From: a bacterium
Lineage (GTDB): Bacteria > Patescibacteriota > Minisyncoccia > Moranbacterales > UBA2206
Reading direction: 5' to 3'
NCBI GenBank assembly: GCA_043725085.1
Contig: JAYSLY010000003.1
Coordinates: 1 to 59,699, forward strand
Length of the DNA: 59,699 bases
Below, in pieces: positions 9,337 to 18,921 of this stretch; position 1 is the first letter of the stretch; each line of letters opens with the position of its first letter. Below the pieces are notes generated by a model. The model saw only the letters and a list, made by a program, of their open reading frames with translations. It made no database searches and was not told the DNA's origin. The position numbers and the translations under genes are program-made.

Positions 9337-10486
9337 ACGAATTAAGCTGTTTTATCTCCGCCTTTTCTCTCTGGGTTATTTTATACAAATCCTCAATTTG
9401 GGAAACAATCTTGTCCCAATCATAAAACTCTTTGGCAATTTTTTGACTTTCCTCGCCGGCACTCTTTGCAACTTCCGGATTATTCAAAATACCCAGCAGC
9501 TTTTCTTCCAAATCTTTTTCATTTTTATTCTCAAATGCAAACCCGCTCCCGCGAAGAACACTGACATTTTCCAAAATATTACTGATTAGAATCGGTTTGC
9601 CATAACCCATTGCCTCCAAAAGAGCAAGGGACATCCCCTCTGATTCAGATGGTTGGACGAAAAGAAAACAGTGGGAGAAAAGCTGCTCCAATTTTTCCCC
9701 GCTTATCGTTCCGGTAAAAATAATATCCTTATTATTTTTAGCTAATTTTTTAAGTTCGCAAACATAATCATCAGTAAACGAACCGTTTCCGGCAATGACT
9801 AATTTTTTGCCCTTATTCAAATTTTTCTCACAAAGACGATTGAAAGCATTGATCAGATAGTGAATACCCTTGTGCCTGATCAAGCGACTGGCGGAAAAAA
9901 TGTATTCATTTTTCTCCAAATTCCACTCAGAAAGGGCGCTGTCATTAGCATTAAATCTAATCTCAGCGCCATTGGGAATGTGGACTAAATCTTTTTGATA
10001 TCTTCTTTGGGCATAGATACGCAACTCCTCGCTCACGGCAATTGTTTTGTCGGGAACCGTGCAAGTTAGTTTTTCAGAAAAACGCAAATAGGCCCGTGCA
10101 ACCGCCCCCCATTTTTTGTGAAAATAATCTTGACATTGGAAAGTGGCAACTACAGCCATTCTTTTTTTGAAAAATTTTGGAATAAAACTTAGTGATGTCG
10201 GCCCGATTGAATGATAGTGCACCACATCATAATTTTGAAATAGCGCATGCACCGTTGCCAAGAAAGTGTGGCTAATCGCATCAAGATTTTTGGTCGGAAT
10301 AGACGGCAAGTGAATGATTTTTACCCCTTCAAATTCATGCAGTTTTTTGTCCGTATAGTTATTGCGCACATAGACAAAAACCTCATGACCCAATTTAGCC
10401 ATCCGTGTTGCCACTTCTTCCACATACCGCTCCACTCCGCCGGTTTTTGTGGGTATTCCTTTTTGCCCAATATAAGCTATTTTCAT
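9323..10486 (-). CDS. Glycosyltransferase family 4
   Basis: MKIAYIGQKGIPTKTGGVERYV N-terminus and an E-x7-E motif (SESEGMSLALLEAMGYGKP). Confidence 0.85.
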   Translation of the reverse strand: MKIAYIGQKGIPTKTGGVERYVEEVATRMAKLGHEVFVYVRNNYTDKKLHEFEGVKIIHLPSIPTKNLDAISHTFLATVHALFQNYDVVHYHSIGPTSLSFIPKFFKKRMAVVATFQCQDYFHKKWGAVARAYLRFSEKLTCTVPDKTIAVSEELRIYAQRRYQKDLVHIPNGAEIRFNANDSALSEWNLEKNEYIFSASRLIRHKGIHYLINAFNRLCEKNLNKGKKLVIAGNGSFTDDYVCELKKLAKNNKDIIFTGTISGEKLEQLFSHCFLFVQPSESEGMSLALLEAMGYGKPILISNILENVSVLRGSGFAFENKNEKDLEEKLLGILNNPEVAKSAGEESQKIAKEFYDWDKIVSQIEDLYKITQREKAEIKQLNSYAKK

Positions 10487-10504
10487 TGATTTTCAACTAA
10501 ATTC

Positions 10505-11728
10505 TTAACTCACAACCATAGCACTTTTTGCTTTATCTGTCAATTTTTTAAACAAAGCCGTGATTTTTTGCAAATAGTCTTGGGCTGCGAAATCTTTCGC
10601 TCGTCTGAGCGCGTTTTGAGAAAAAGTTTTACGCAAATTTTCATTTTCATACAATTCTGCTATTTTTTCTTGCATCTCTTTTTCATTGCGGACTAAATAC
10701 CCACTTTTTCCATCCTCGATTATTTCTGCAAAAGCTTCACCAGAAAACCCGATAAACGGCTTGCCATTAACAATCGCTTCCAAGGCAATAAGGCCAAATG
10801 TTTCCCAAAGTTTGGAAGTTGAAACAACTAGTGATGCATTCTTGATTAGTTTTTCCAACTCTTTTGGTGATTGAAACCCAGCATATTTAATATTTTTTAA
10901 TTTAGGAATTTCAAGATCATCTTCAATTCTTCCCGCTAAATATAGATTAATCCTTGGAAGATTTTTGAAAATTTCAATCAGGCGATTAACGCCTTTTTCC
11001 TTGGAAAGTCGGCCAAAATGCAGGACATATTTTTCTCCCGAACTAATCTCGCCTTCTTCGCTCGGATCTTGCTGATAAGAAAAATGTGGAAGTACGATAA
11101 TTTTTTCCGTCGCAATTCCTCCAGCAATTAACTTGGTTTTCGTAAATTGACTAGGTGAAATATACAAATCAATATTTTTCGCATACATCCCAAAATATCT
11201 ATGCGCCTTAAATTCCAAAGCAGCCAGAAAACTTTTGACCAGCGAATTTTTAAACTTACGCCTTGCAACAAAACTCCAAAATTTTAAATCTTCGACTCTA
11301 GCAGAATCTCTCTCTGGCAAATAGTGCGGATAAACCAGTTTATTATCATGCACCGTCATCACAATCGGGATATTTTGCTTTTTGATTTCTCCCAAAATTG
11401 AAGGAGAAATTTGATGATAGATATTATGGATATGCACAATATCCGGCTGAAAATCAATGAGGAGTTTTCTCATCTTATTTTTCGCTTCGAAAGAATAGAA
11501 CATCCGCCCGACGCCTTTGATTTTTTGCCAAAGCGTTGAATCATTTCGATTGTAGCCAACATAGCTGACAAAATATTTTTGCCAAGGAGAAAAGATGTTC
11601 TTCGGACTGTGCATGGAAAAAACCGCCACATTGTGTCCGGCTGATTTGAGAAGCGCGACTACATCCAAAAAATGTCTGTCTGCGCCACCTTTGAGGTAAT
11701 TAAATTTGTTAATTTCTAATATTTTCAT
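10505..11728 (-). CDS. Glycosyltransferase family 4
   Basis: GGADRHFLD N-terminal motif and ETFGLIALEAIVNGKP (E-x7-E). Confidence 0.85.
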   Translation of the reverse strand: MKILEINKFNYLKGGADRHFLDVVALLKSAGHNVAVFSMHSPKNIFSPWQKYFVSYVGYNRNDSTLWQKIKGVGRMFYSFEAKNKMRKLLIDFQPDIVHIHNIYHQISPSILGEIKKQNIPIVMTVHDNKLVYPHYLPERDSARVEDLKFWSFVARRKFKNSLVKSFLAALEFKAHRYFGMYAKNIDLYISPSQFTKTKLIAGGIATEKIIVLPHFSYQQDPSEEGEISSGEKYVLHFGRLSKEKGVNRLIEIFKNLPRINLYLAGRIEDDLEIPKLKNIKYAGFQSPKELEKLIKNASLVVSTSKLWETFGLIALEAIVNGKPFIGFSGEAFAEIIEDGKSGYLVRNEKEMQEKIAELYENENLRKTFSQNALRRAKDFAAQDYLQKITALFKKLTDKAKSAMVVS

Positions 11729-13170
11729 ATTTTTTGCTGATCAATTGCCCGAATTAGCCCAAGATTGATCCAAAAAAACATCGCCAAAAGGTTAGTTTCC
11801 AGATATGGCTGCAGCATGAAAGAGACTAAATATACCACCAGAACGCTCAAAAACGCCAGTCTATAGAAATTCGCCCTGAAGTCATCTGCCTCAAATAGCA
11901 TCCTGAAATGCAAATAAACAAAATACAAAAATAGAAATATTCCTACTACTCCAAATTGCATAATGATCGTCAAAAAAGAATTATGCATATTACGCACTTC
12001 CACAAAATCATGATAATTTCCAATTTCAATTGAAACAACCTGCCCCGTGCCAATTCCAAAGATAAAATTCTCCTGATATTTCTCCCAGGCGCTTTGCCAA
12101 ACAGCTGCTCTCCAGGCAAAACTTTCGTCACTTCCCGCATTAGCAATAGAAACGCTTCTTTGAGCAATGGCTTGTTTGACTTCAAAAATAGTTTCGCTCA
12201 ATCTTGATTGCGGCGTCATTAAGGCTGCATAAAAAAATAAAATGCACGCAACACACACCAAAAGGGCTGCTTTCGCTACGATCTTATTGACACTGAATTT
12301 TTGCTCTTTTTTAAGTAAAAAATAAATCAAAATAAAAGCTAGTCCCAGGGCAATCCAAAGATGGCGCATCAGCGTGCCGACAATTCCGACTGCCCAAAAC
12401 AAACCCAAAAAAATCAAAAGTCTGTTTTTTCGTTTTTGAAAAATTGCAAACAAAATAACCGGAATAAATGCCAACGTAATATACAATCCGTGATAGAAAG
12501 CCAAAATTCTCACCCCATCCGTTGAAAGCGGCGTGATTTCAGTCCAAAGTCCCTTGCCGCTAACTATTCCAAATAAAATAAACCCCACAATCAACACCGC
12601 AGCGGAAAAATAAAATTTCAAGAGCCGATTCATTTGTTCGCGATTAGCAATCAAAAGATAAGTTATAAAATATAAAAGGCTGTAAAAAGCATAATTTTTA
12701 AGCGAACTAAAAGACAGATAGGCGCTTGAATTGAAAATATAAACACTAACAAAGTAATAAATAATATTAAGCACAATAAAAGCCCCAAGCACTCCATCGG
12801 CTTTTTTGATTTTTTTCGAGTCTTCTTTTCTTTTTGCCAAGTACCTAAAAAATAATCCTAAAAGCATTCCCAAAATGATAATGTCAGGCAAAAACAGTTT
12901 ATACTCCGTCTTATCAATAATAATCGGAGAGAGAGTGAAAAAACTATTAAAAATTATCGTCAGAAAAACAAGCGCGAAAAGTCCGCTACGCGGATAGGCT
13001 AGGGTCAAAACAAATGAGACAGTGACTGCCAACAAATAGAGTGGCAAAACAAAGCCGACAAAAAAATTGGCCAAAATAAAAAGCATCAAAAAAATGATGC
13101 TAAAAATAGCACTAACTGTTTCCGCTTCGATTCGATTTTTTTGCTTAATTGTAGGCATAATAATTGTCAT
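11725..13170 (-). CDS. O-antigen ligase / Wzy-like polytopic membrane protein
   Basis: More than 10 predicted TM segments and MHNSFLTIIMQFGVVG in the Wzy_C-like region. There is a 4-nt ATGA overlap with the downstream GT4 gene. Confidence 0.7.
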   Translation of the reverse strand: MTIIMPTIKQKNRIEAETVSAIFSIIFLMLFILANFFVGFVLPLYLLAVTVSFVLTLAYPRSGLFALVFLTIIFNSFFTLSPIIIDKTEYKLFLPDIIILGMLLGLFFRYLAKRKEDSKKIKKADGVLGAFIVLNIIYYFVSVYIFNSSAYLSFSSLKNYAFYSLLYFITYLLIANREQMNRLLKFYFSAAVLIVGFILFGIVSGKGLWTEITPLSTDGVRILAFYHGLYITLAFIPVILFAIFQKRKNRLLIFLGLFWAVGIVGTLMRHLWIALGLAFILIYFLLKKEQKFSVNKIVAKAALLVCVACILFFYAALMTPQSRLSETIFEVKQAIAQRSVSIANAGSDESFAWRAAVWQSAWEKYQENFIFGIGTGQVVSIEIGNYHDFVEVRNMHNSFLTIIMQFGVVGIFLFLYFVYLHFRMLFEADDFRANFYRLAFLSVLVVYLVSFMLQPYLETNLLAMFFWINLGLIRAIDQQKI

Positions 13171-13184
13171 CCTGTTATTTTGTT

Positions 13185-13304
13185 GTCATTCCCGCGAAGG
13201 CGGGAATCTAGTTTAAAAGCTAAATTAGTTAGACCAGCATAATACTTAGCTTGGTGATTTTAAACAAAATTTATCCACTGGATCCCAGTTTTCACGGGGA
13301 TGAC
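13185..13304. mobile_element. MITE-like element, copy 1 (hairpin arms GTCATTCCCGCGAAGGCGGGAATC ... CTGGATCCCAGTTTTCACGGGGATGAC)
   Basis: Terminal inverted repeat GTCAT(T/C)CCC. Each arm is itself a hairpin (ATTCCC-N8-GGGAAT). Related copies lie at 25944-26119 and 54138-54285. Confidence 0.7.
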
Positions 13305-13340
13305 ATCTGTTTTTTATAACCAGCCATCATAGCACATTTC

Positions 13341-13380
13341 AGAAAAAAAATCAAGCCCCAGAAATTGCTTTCTGGGGCTT
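13341..13380 (-). terminator. Intrinsic terminator after the 13414-13815 gene
   Basis: 12-bp perfect stem AAGCCCCAGAAA/TTTCTGGGGCTT with a 4-nt loop, followed on the minus strand by T8. Confidence 0.8.
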
Positions 13381-13413
13381 GGGCCGGATCGCTCGGTTGA
13401 GCGTCCGGGTTAG

Positions 13414-13815
13414 TTATTTGAGTAACGGAAAAAGGTACTTGCAGGCCGGTTGGCCTGTTTTCGGGTCAATCCAGCTTGGGTCGATTGACAGTCCCCGTGG
13501 AGGCGAGCTCTGAGGGGTAATCATTTGAAAATGAACCCCGGAGTCATCTTTCCACAGAAAGTTGAACCCCTGACCTCTTTCCAGCTTGAAGCTGGTTTTC
13601 GGACCGATCCGATCAGGCCTACTTCCATTGACGTCGTCGTAAATCTCGATGTCAACAAGCGCCGTTCCGGCCGGCATCGTCCCCATCGTTACATTCCCGT
13701 TGCTATCGCAGACGGGAAAAGAATTAACCATCTTTGCTACAGGCCCCGCGTTAGCAGTGCCAACCATTGCCATGATAGCGAAAGCTACCAAAACGGTAAT
13801 GCTGATTTTTTTCAT
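13414..13815 (-). CDS. Small secreted protein; unknown function
   Basis: Signal peptide MKKISITVLVAFAIMAMVGTANA and AGGAGG upstream. It lies in a G+C-rich patch. Confidence 0.65.
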   Translation of the reverse strand: MKKISITVLVAFAIMAMVGTANAGPVAKMVNSFPVCDSNGNVTMGTMPAGTALVDIEIYDDVNGSRPDRIGPKTSFKLERGQGFNFLWKDDSGVHFQMITPQSSPPRGLSIDPSWIDPKTGQPACKYLFPLLK

Positions 13816-14075
13816 AGGTACTCCTCCTGATGCATGTTGTGCGCGATATGCGCGATTTTACCATCTGTCAGTTTGTACTCCATAAAGTATGGCTAGCCGT
13901 GTGCCAGAAAGGGAAAGTCAAGCGTTAAATTCAACCCTCGAATCTTTGCTCGTCTTCTTGTTTGTCTCCGCAATTCATCCTGTGCTCAAAATACACGCAC
14001 CGTGAACGCTCGATTGCCAAAAGAGGCAATATGGAAAAAACTCAAAAACTTGCGAAAGATTCAAAGTGGAATCAT

Positions 14076-15731
14076 TTATCGCTGTGACTGACTACTCAGA
14101 CTGGCAAAAACAGCTTCGTCTCTACTCAATGCAGGTGTGGTTGCTGATGCCACCTGTGCAGCTCGGAATTGGTTTCCGCCAATTCCAGTGCCAACCAACT
14201 GCACCTCCTTCTGGCATTTATCACCATACCACTTTTCAACTGGCCTGGTGACATCCCACGTAACGCGAAATAACACTGTGGGATTTATTGCCGCATATAT
14301 TTTCGCTTGAGGACCGAGTCTGATCGTTCCCCAATCGTTTGGAATATCATAGCAGAGCTCAACCCCCAAAACTCCGGGGATCAAATCGCTCCAACCTTCA
14401 TAGTCGAGACCTCCATAGGCTCTGACTTTCCAGTCTTTTGCGATTCGATAATCAACTCCGACAACTGCCTCGGCGAATATCTTAGAATCCGCCTTAGTGT
14501 CGGAGAAACTGCTGGAAACACTCTGTCCGCCAAGACCAAACCAACTCTCAATGGTGGCGAACCACCAAAGCTTGTCATAAATCAATTCTTGGCGGTATTC
14601 GAGATACTCGCCAATAACCGGACCGATTTGGTTAATTGACCAGCTATGATCAGAGTCTTCCCAATGGGATCGTTCGATTCCGAATCGAAGTTTTGCCACC
14701 CATTGGCGACTCAGCCCGTCATCCCCTGTCCAGACTCGTTTGATGCCGCCTTGAACCACAAGCCGATCGCCGTTTCCGCTACTGCTGGAATCGTCGATCA
14801 TGCCATACCAATAGGCGCTGGCCAGAAAGCCCACACCCCAATAGTATTCACTGGCACAATCTTCGGCGAAATTTTTCCAATAAATGGCTTCGCCAAAAAC
14901 TCCATAGCCCCTACTTCCTGCAGCTCCGTTCCCAGAACCGCCGGAACGATGCCAGTATGTATACGCGCCGGCATCAAATTCCAGTGCGTCTTTGCAAGAC
15001 TTGCATGGAGCTGGAGCTGGGATAGTTGCTTGAATCTCTTTTTTCTGCTCAGACACTTCAATCACCAGCGGAGCAGTGACGCCGGGTTCTTCAGTCGGGA
15101 CACGAACTTCGCGAGGACTGATATAGTTCCCGCAATTCAGTGCATCCAAAATGAATTCCCCTGTCCAGCCGCGATATAAAATTGCATTAATACCGCCGGC
15201 TTTTACATTGATAAGCACGCCTCCGGTCCAGACTTCATCCTTCCCGAAAGAGACAGCTTTGACAATCGTCCCATTGGGAAGAAAAATCTCTTCCTGAGAC
15301 AAGCCGTTTTCCTTTGAAGCTAGAATAGATCGTGCGCCCTCTCTTGAAACTCCATGGCGCATAATATTTTTCATGTGGCGATCATATTCCTTGGCAGTCA
15401 ACTTTTTTTGCACCCCGTTGATCCGCGGTGCAAACGGTTTGCCCATTTCTCTGCTATATATATGAGCATACCCGGTTGACGACGGCACAAATGTTTGCTG
15501 CCGTTTCTTCGACTGAGTCTTGGCCTTTGATACTATCTCAAGCTTTTGACCCGTTTTTATTTTGTTAACATTCTCAATTCCGTTGATCCGAGCAAGCTCG
15601 GCAACGGAGATTCCCTTGCCTTTTGCAATCTTTCCCAACGTGTCTCCACGTTGGACCGTATATGTCTCAGCCGAAACCGGCCAAGCAATACACAGTAGGA
15701 TTGCAATAATCAAACCGCTAATTTTTTGCAT
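14076..15731 (-). CDS. Secreted LysM-domain protein with an aromatic-rich, beta-barrel-like C-terminal half
   Basis: I place the start at ATG 15731 (AGGAGG 8 nt upstream; MQKISGLIIAILLCIAWPVSA signal peptide) rather than 15827. LysM motif: YTVQRGDTLGKIAKGKGISVAELARINGI...GQKLEI. The C-terminus has about 12 alternating aromatic/hydrophobic segments. Confidence 0.75.
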   Translation of the reverse strand: MQKISGLIIAILLCIAWPVSAETYTVQRGDTLGKIAKGKGISVAELARINGIENVNKIKTGQKLEIVSKAKTQSKKRQQTFVPSSTGYAHIYSREMGKPFAPRINGVQKKLTAKEYDRHMKNIMRHGVSREGARSILASKENGLSQEEIFLPNGTIVKAVSFGKDEVWTGGVLINVKAGGINAILYRGWTGEFILDALNCGNYISPREVRVPTEEPGVTAPLVIEVSEQKKEIQATIPAPAPCKSCKDALEFDAGAYTYWHRSGGSGNGAAGSRGYGVFGEAIYWKNFAEDCASEYYWGVGFLASAYWYGMIDDSSSSGNGDRLVVQGGIKRVWTGDDGLSRQWVAKLRFGIERSHWEDSDHSWSINQIGPVIGEYLEYRQELIYDKLWWFATIESWFGLGGQSVSSSFSDTKADSKIFAEAVVGVDYRIAKDWKVRAYGGLDYEGWSDLIPGVLGVELCYDIPNDWGTIRLGPQAKIYAAINPTVLFRVTWDVTRPVEKWYGDKCQKEVQLVGTGIGGNQFRAAQVASATTPALSRDEAVFASLSSQSQR

Positions 15732-16623
15732 CTTTCTTTTCCTCCTGTGTCTGTGTTTCTGGTTTTTTTGCAGGCACATGTCCCAATGAATCAAAATCCC
15801 ATCCATTTGATCGACCGGCGGCAGCATTAATCACATTCATGCCAGCACCAATGGTTGTTGCAAATGGATCCGTGGAAAAAAACAATCTGACCCACTTCCT
15901 GCCGACTAGCCGCTGAGAAAATGTGTACCCCGGGTTAATCGCAAGAATCTGTCTGAATTCCGATTCCGCAAGTGGAGTAAGGATATATCCCCGAGGGGAG
16001 TTAAACCTGTTCCACTTTGCAATATCTTTAATCAACTGGTCAGATTTTGGAAAATCAGCAATGTTGGTTCCATTTTTCTCAACCAGTTCTTGCCGATAAC
16101 TCGCATCCGACATGAGCTTATTACGATCGACAGCAATGTCAGCCTCATCAACTGACAACTTAAAAACTCTCGTTGCCCGTGTCGATAGAACCAATGCTTT
16201 GGCATTTTTAATCACCTTAGCATCTCCATCAATCAAAAGCTCCGCAGTATTGCTAAACGATCTTTTCACAAACTGCCCGATGTACTCGTGTCCCTGAGAG
16301 ACGACCAACGCATACCACCTGATTCTCTCAGGAACAACTTGCTCATCTTGAAGCTCAGCCGGAAACGGCACATCATAACAGGTAAACTCCCCGCGCAAAA
16401 GCGCCGGAGTTTCTGTAATGCCTGTCGTATCGGCCGGTTGAAGCAAGCGATCATTAAATACTCCTTGAATATCTCGATCTTTATAGTCTTTGAGATTTTT
16501 TTCCGGAATATCTAAATATGTCCGATTAAAATTCCCTCTCATCTGCATATCCGTCGCCGCACATCCCGAAAAGATGACAGCGACTGCCATAACCAGCAAA
16601 AAACCTACTCTATTCTTCATCAT
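15718..16623 (-). CDS. Lipoprotein; unknown function
   Basis: MMKNRVGFLLVMAVAVIFSGC lipobox and AAGGAGGG RBS. There is a 14-nt overlap with the LysM gene start. Confidence 0.7.
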   Translation of the reverse strand: MMKNRVGFLLVMAVAVIFSGCAATDMQMRGNFNRTYLDIPEKNLKDYKDRDIQGVFNDRLLQPADTTGITETPALLRGEFTCYDVPFPAELQDEQVVPERIRWYALVVSQGHEYIGQFVKRSFSNTAELLIDGDAKVIKNAKALVLSTRATRVFKLSVDEADIAVDRNKLMSDASYRQELVEKNGTNIADFPKSDQLIKDIAKWNRFNSPRGYILTPLAESEFRQILAINPGYTFSQRLVGRKWVRLFFSTDPFATTIGAGMNVINAAAGRSNGWDFDSLGHVPAKKPETQTQEEKKDAKN

Positions 16624-16758
16624 CTGCCATCCCTCCTTTTATTAGTTCGCTATTCAGTTGTCAATGGACGATCCATAACAACCTTATGCTAATCTCAAAT
16701 ATATTTTTTGAGACTAGACAAAAAATTGCTAAGCCAAATTATTTTCTAGCAGTTTTTT

Positions 16759-17466
16759 TTAATAATTCCTACTGCCGGATAAATCATTAGCCCTATCTTC
16801 CGCCGTATTATGCATAAATGTATTCTTGCCAAAAGTCCTAAATTCTGTTCTAGCTAAAACGCATTGTGATTTACAATAAACTAGCATAAAAGCCAAAATA
16901 AAGCCAACCACAAAACCGGAAAAACTGACCAAAAAAATCTGCCCGAGGGTCGGATTTTTTTCCACAATCGGCCCGCTCAAAACGCGAATTTCCACATTTT
17001 GCCCTTGTCCCAAAAAGAGAGAATATTTATTCGTCAAAACATCGATCACAGCGCTGGAAATTTCTCCGGCCAGCTTGGGTGAGTTTGCAAAAACTTGTAC
17101 TGTAATGATTCCCACGCTGGAATTCTTTTTCAGTTTCACGGTTTTTTGCCACTCTTTCAGACGATCAACTTTGTCTGCCGGCAAAAAGTTAGTGGAAACC
17201 AAGTTTGCTTTTCCAATTTCTTCCAAAAATTTCTCGCTATAGACCGACTCCATCAAAATTCCACTCAAATAGTCGGAAGATTTGGAAAGCGCATAATAGT
17301 CGGAAAAACCTTGCTGGTTTTGCACTACCAAAAGATCCGCTGTGGCGCTATAGCTCTTTTGCGACAAAACCAAAATCAAAAAAGACAGTGCACCCAAAAC
17401 CAATCCGGCAAAGATGATGTTTTTTAGGTTGTTTTTGGCTAATTCAAGCATTTTTTCCAGTGTCAT
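16759..17466 (-). CDS. Wzz-like polysaccharide chain-length-determinant domain protein
   Basis: An N-terminal TM segment plus YSATADLLVVQNQ (Wzz-type) and a C-terminal TM segment. ATG at 17466 is preferred over the TTG at 17475. Its composition matches the backbone. Confidence 0.65.
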   Translation of the reverse strand: MTLEKMLELAKNNLKNIIFAGLVLGALSFLILVLSQKSYSATADLLVVQNQQGFSDYYALSKSSDYLSGILMESVYSEKFLEEIGKANLVSTNFLPADKVDRLKEWQKTVKLKKNSSVGIITVQVFANSPKLAGEISSAVIDVLTNKYSLFLGQGQNVEIRVLSGPIVEKNPTLGQIFLVSFSGFVVGFILAFMLVYCKSQCVLARTEFRTFGKNTFMHNTAEDRANDLSGSRNY

Positions 17467-17502
17467 AAAATTCAAATAAATTTAATTAAAATCCAACAGC
17501 CA

Positions 17503-17531
17503 ACATTAGCACTAAATCGGGTTTTTGTCAA
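17503..17531 (-). promoter_or_regulatory. Sigma70-type promoter, TTGACA-17-TAATGT
   Basis: Read on the minus strand, 37 nt upstream of the wzz-like start codon. Confidence 0.5.
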
Positions 17532-17604
17532 ATAAAAACGGCCAGCATCCTAAAAGGCATACCGACCGTGAGAATTGTGAATCACATCATCTGCGCCATA
17601 AAAA

Positions 17605-18699
17605 TTAAAAATTAATGGCCAGGTGGTCTTTATACAGGAATTTTGTTGACAGGGTCGGATCAACCCATTGGGTGGTCGATCCGTTCTGTTCCACTACGTA
17701 GAACGAAAACTCAAAGAGTCCGGTGTAGTGGAGGTCGAAATAGAAACATGGGAATGCATCTACCACTATATACTCCACCCACGCCCTGTTTGGCGCGCTT
17801 GATCCAAAAACTCCCAGCGCCTTGTAATTTTGTATTGGGAGATTTGAAAAATTTAAATAAACCCGGTGCAGATCACCACCGAGATTATCAATCCTCGTGA
17901 TAATCGGGTCGCCGGTATTCCCACCGGGGCAAACGTGTTCCGTCCCAAGTGTTATCCCAAGGTGAAGATTGCCGCCCGTGGCAGCTGGCGGAAACTTATA
18001 AACCGAACAACTTGGATCGATCCAAGTTTCCACACCGCCGCTGGTCGTTCCGTACGAAAACTCGAAAAGCTTTCCGTTCGGCCATTGGACATGCACGGTC
18101 CCGCTGCTATCAACCGCGTAGTCGATCCAGGCGTCGTTCGGGCCCCGTTGGCCCTTAAGAAACATCGTTCCTGCCGGCAACGTGGAATAGTCAAGGACTA
18201 TTTTAAAGTCCCCGACAAACCCATAGTCACCAAGCTGCGTGATTGACCGAATCAAGCAGTCATTGACCACCTGCAGCTTGGCACAGCTAGCGATATTATC
18301 CGTTGTTATTTTTCCGTCGACACACTTATCGATGGCAAAATAAAAATTATACGTCCCAAGCTTTGAGAAGTCCAGCCCGGTCATTGGGATGGCCGCTTGT
18401 CCAAAGGGACATAAGTTACCTTGGTAGGTGACAACGACCCCGTTCACCCATGTCCCGCTTGCCAGATTGAAATATTTCCAAGTGCCGTCCGGCGCCGAGC
18501 AGAGTAACCACCAATCTGCTGGCACACTTTCGCCCGTGCTCAATCCAATCGAAAGCGTGGTTGCCGCCGTAAACTCCAGACGGCAAATCTGATTGATTCC
18601 CCCGTTCAACAGAACGGTCGGGGTAACTGTCGCAAAAGCGGCGACGGTGATTGCCAAAAAAACAAAAACTGCAATAATGGTTGTACCGATTTTTTTCAT
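17605..18699 (-). CDS. Secreted protein with two internal repeat modules; unknown function
   Basis: Signal peptide MKKIGTTIIAVFVFLAITVAAFA. The modules are AWIDYAV..LFEFSY..TWIDPSCSVYKF and AWVEYIV..LFEFSF..QWVDPTLSTKF. Spot G+C is 53/100 at 18001-18100. Confidence 0.7.
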   Translation of the reverse strand: MKKIGTTIIAVFVFLAITVAAFATVTPTVLLNGGINQICRLEFTAATTLSIGLSTGESVPADWWLLCSAPDGTWKYFNLASGTWVNGVVVTYQGNLCPFGQAAIPMTGLDFSKLGTYNFYFAIDKCVDGKITTDNIASCAKLQVVNDCLIRSITQLGDYGFVGDFKIVLDYSTLPAGTMFLKGQRGPNDAWIDYAVDSSGTVHVQWPNGKLFEFSYGTTSGGVETWIDPSCSVYKFPPAATGGNLHLGITLGTEHVCPGGNTGDPIITRIDNLGGDLHRVYLNFSNLPIQNYKALGVFGSSAPNRAWVEYIVVDAFPCFYFDLHYTGLFEFSFYVVEQNGSTTQWVDPTLSTKFLYKDHLAINF

Positions 18700-18869
18700 T
18701 TCAATCTCCTTCTTTTTTCAAGTTTCAATAAATTTCCCCAAGCACGCGCCCGAGGATTCAATTGGCAACAAAAAAGCCCGCTAAGAATCAAAGTTATTCA
18801 ATTTTTAACGAGCTATGACTAACGTTATACTTAAGCATTTTAGAGGAAAATTGTCAAATAACAAAACCA

Positions 18870-18899
18870 CCCCGTTCGGAAAACATTGTCCGAACGGGG
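18870..18899 (-). terminator. Intrinsic terminator after the 18922-19524 gene
   Basis: 10-bp perfect stem CCCCGTTCGG/CCGAACGGGG, followed on the minus strand by TGGTTTTGTTATTT. Confidence 0.7.
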
Positions 18900-18921
18900 C
18901 TACAAAAAAGTTTTGAAAAAA

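Noticed and set aside
15732-15827. N-terminal extensions of several track ORFs (14076-15827, 50174-51151, 51675-52604, 46111-46530, 35329-36774, 53573-54142)
   Set aside because: Internal ATGs with a proper RBS and a sensible N-terminus (signal peptide, Rossmann motif or conserved start) are more plausible. The extensions start at TTG or run into upstream genes, leaders or repeat elements.
16636-16664. A TTGACA-17-TAAAAG promoter for the lipoprotein gene
   Set aside because: The -10 hexamer overlaps the AAGGAGG RBS and lies only 13 nt from the start codon. A transcript starting there would lack the RBS, so the real promoter is probably further upstream.
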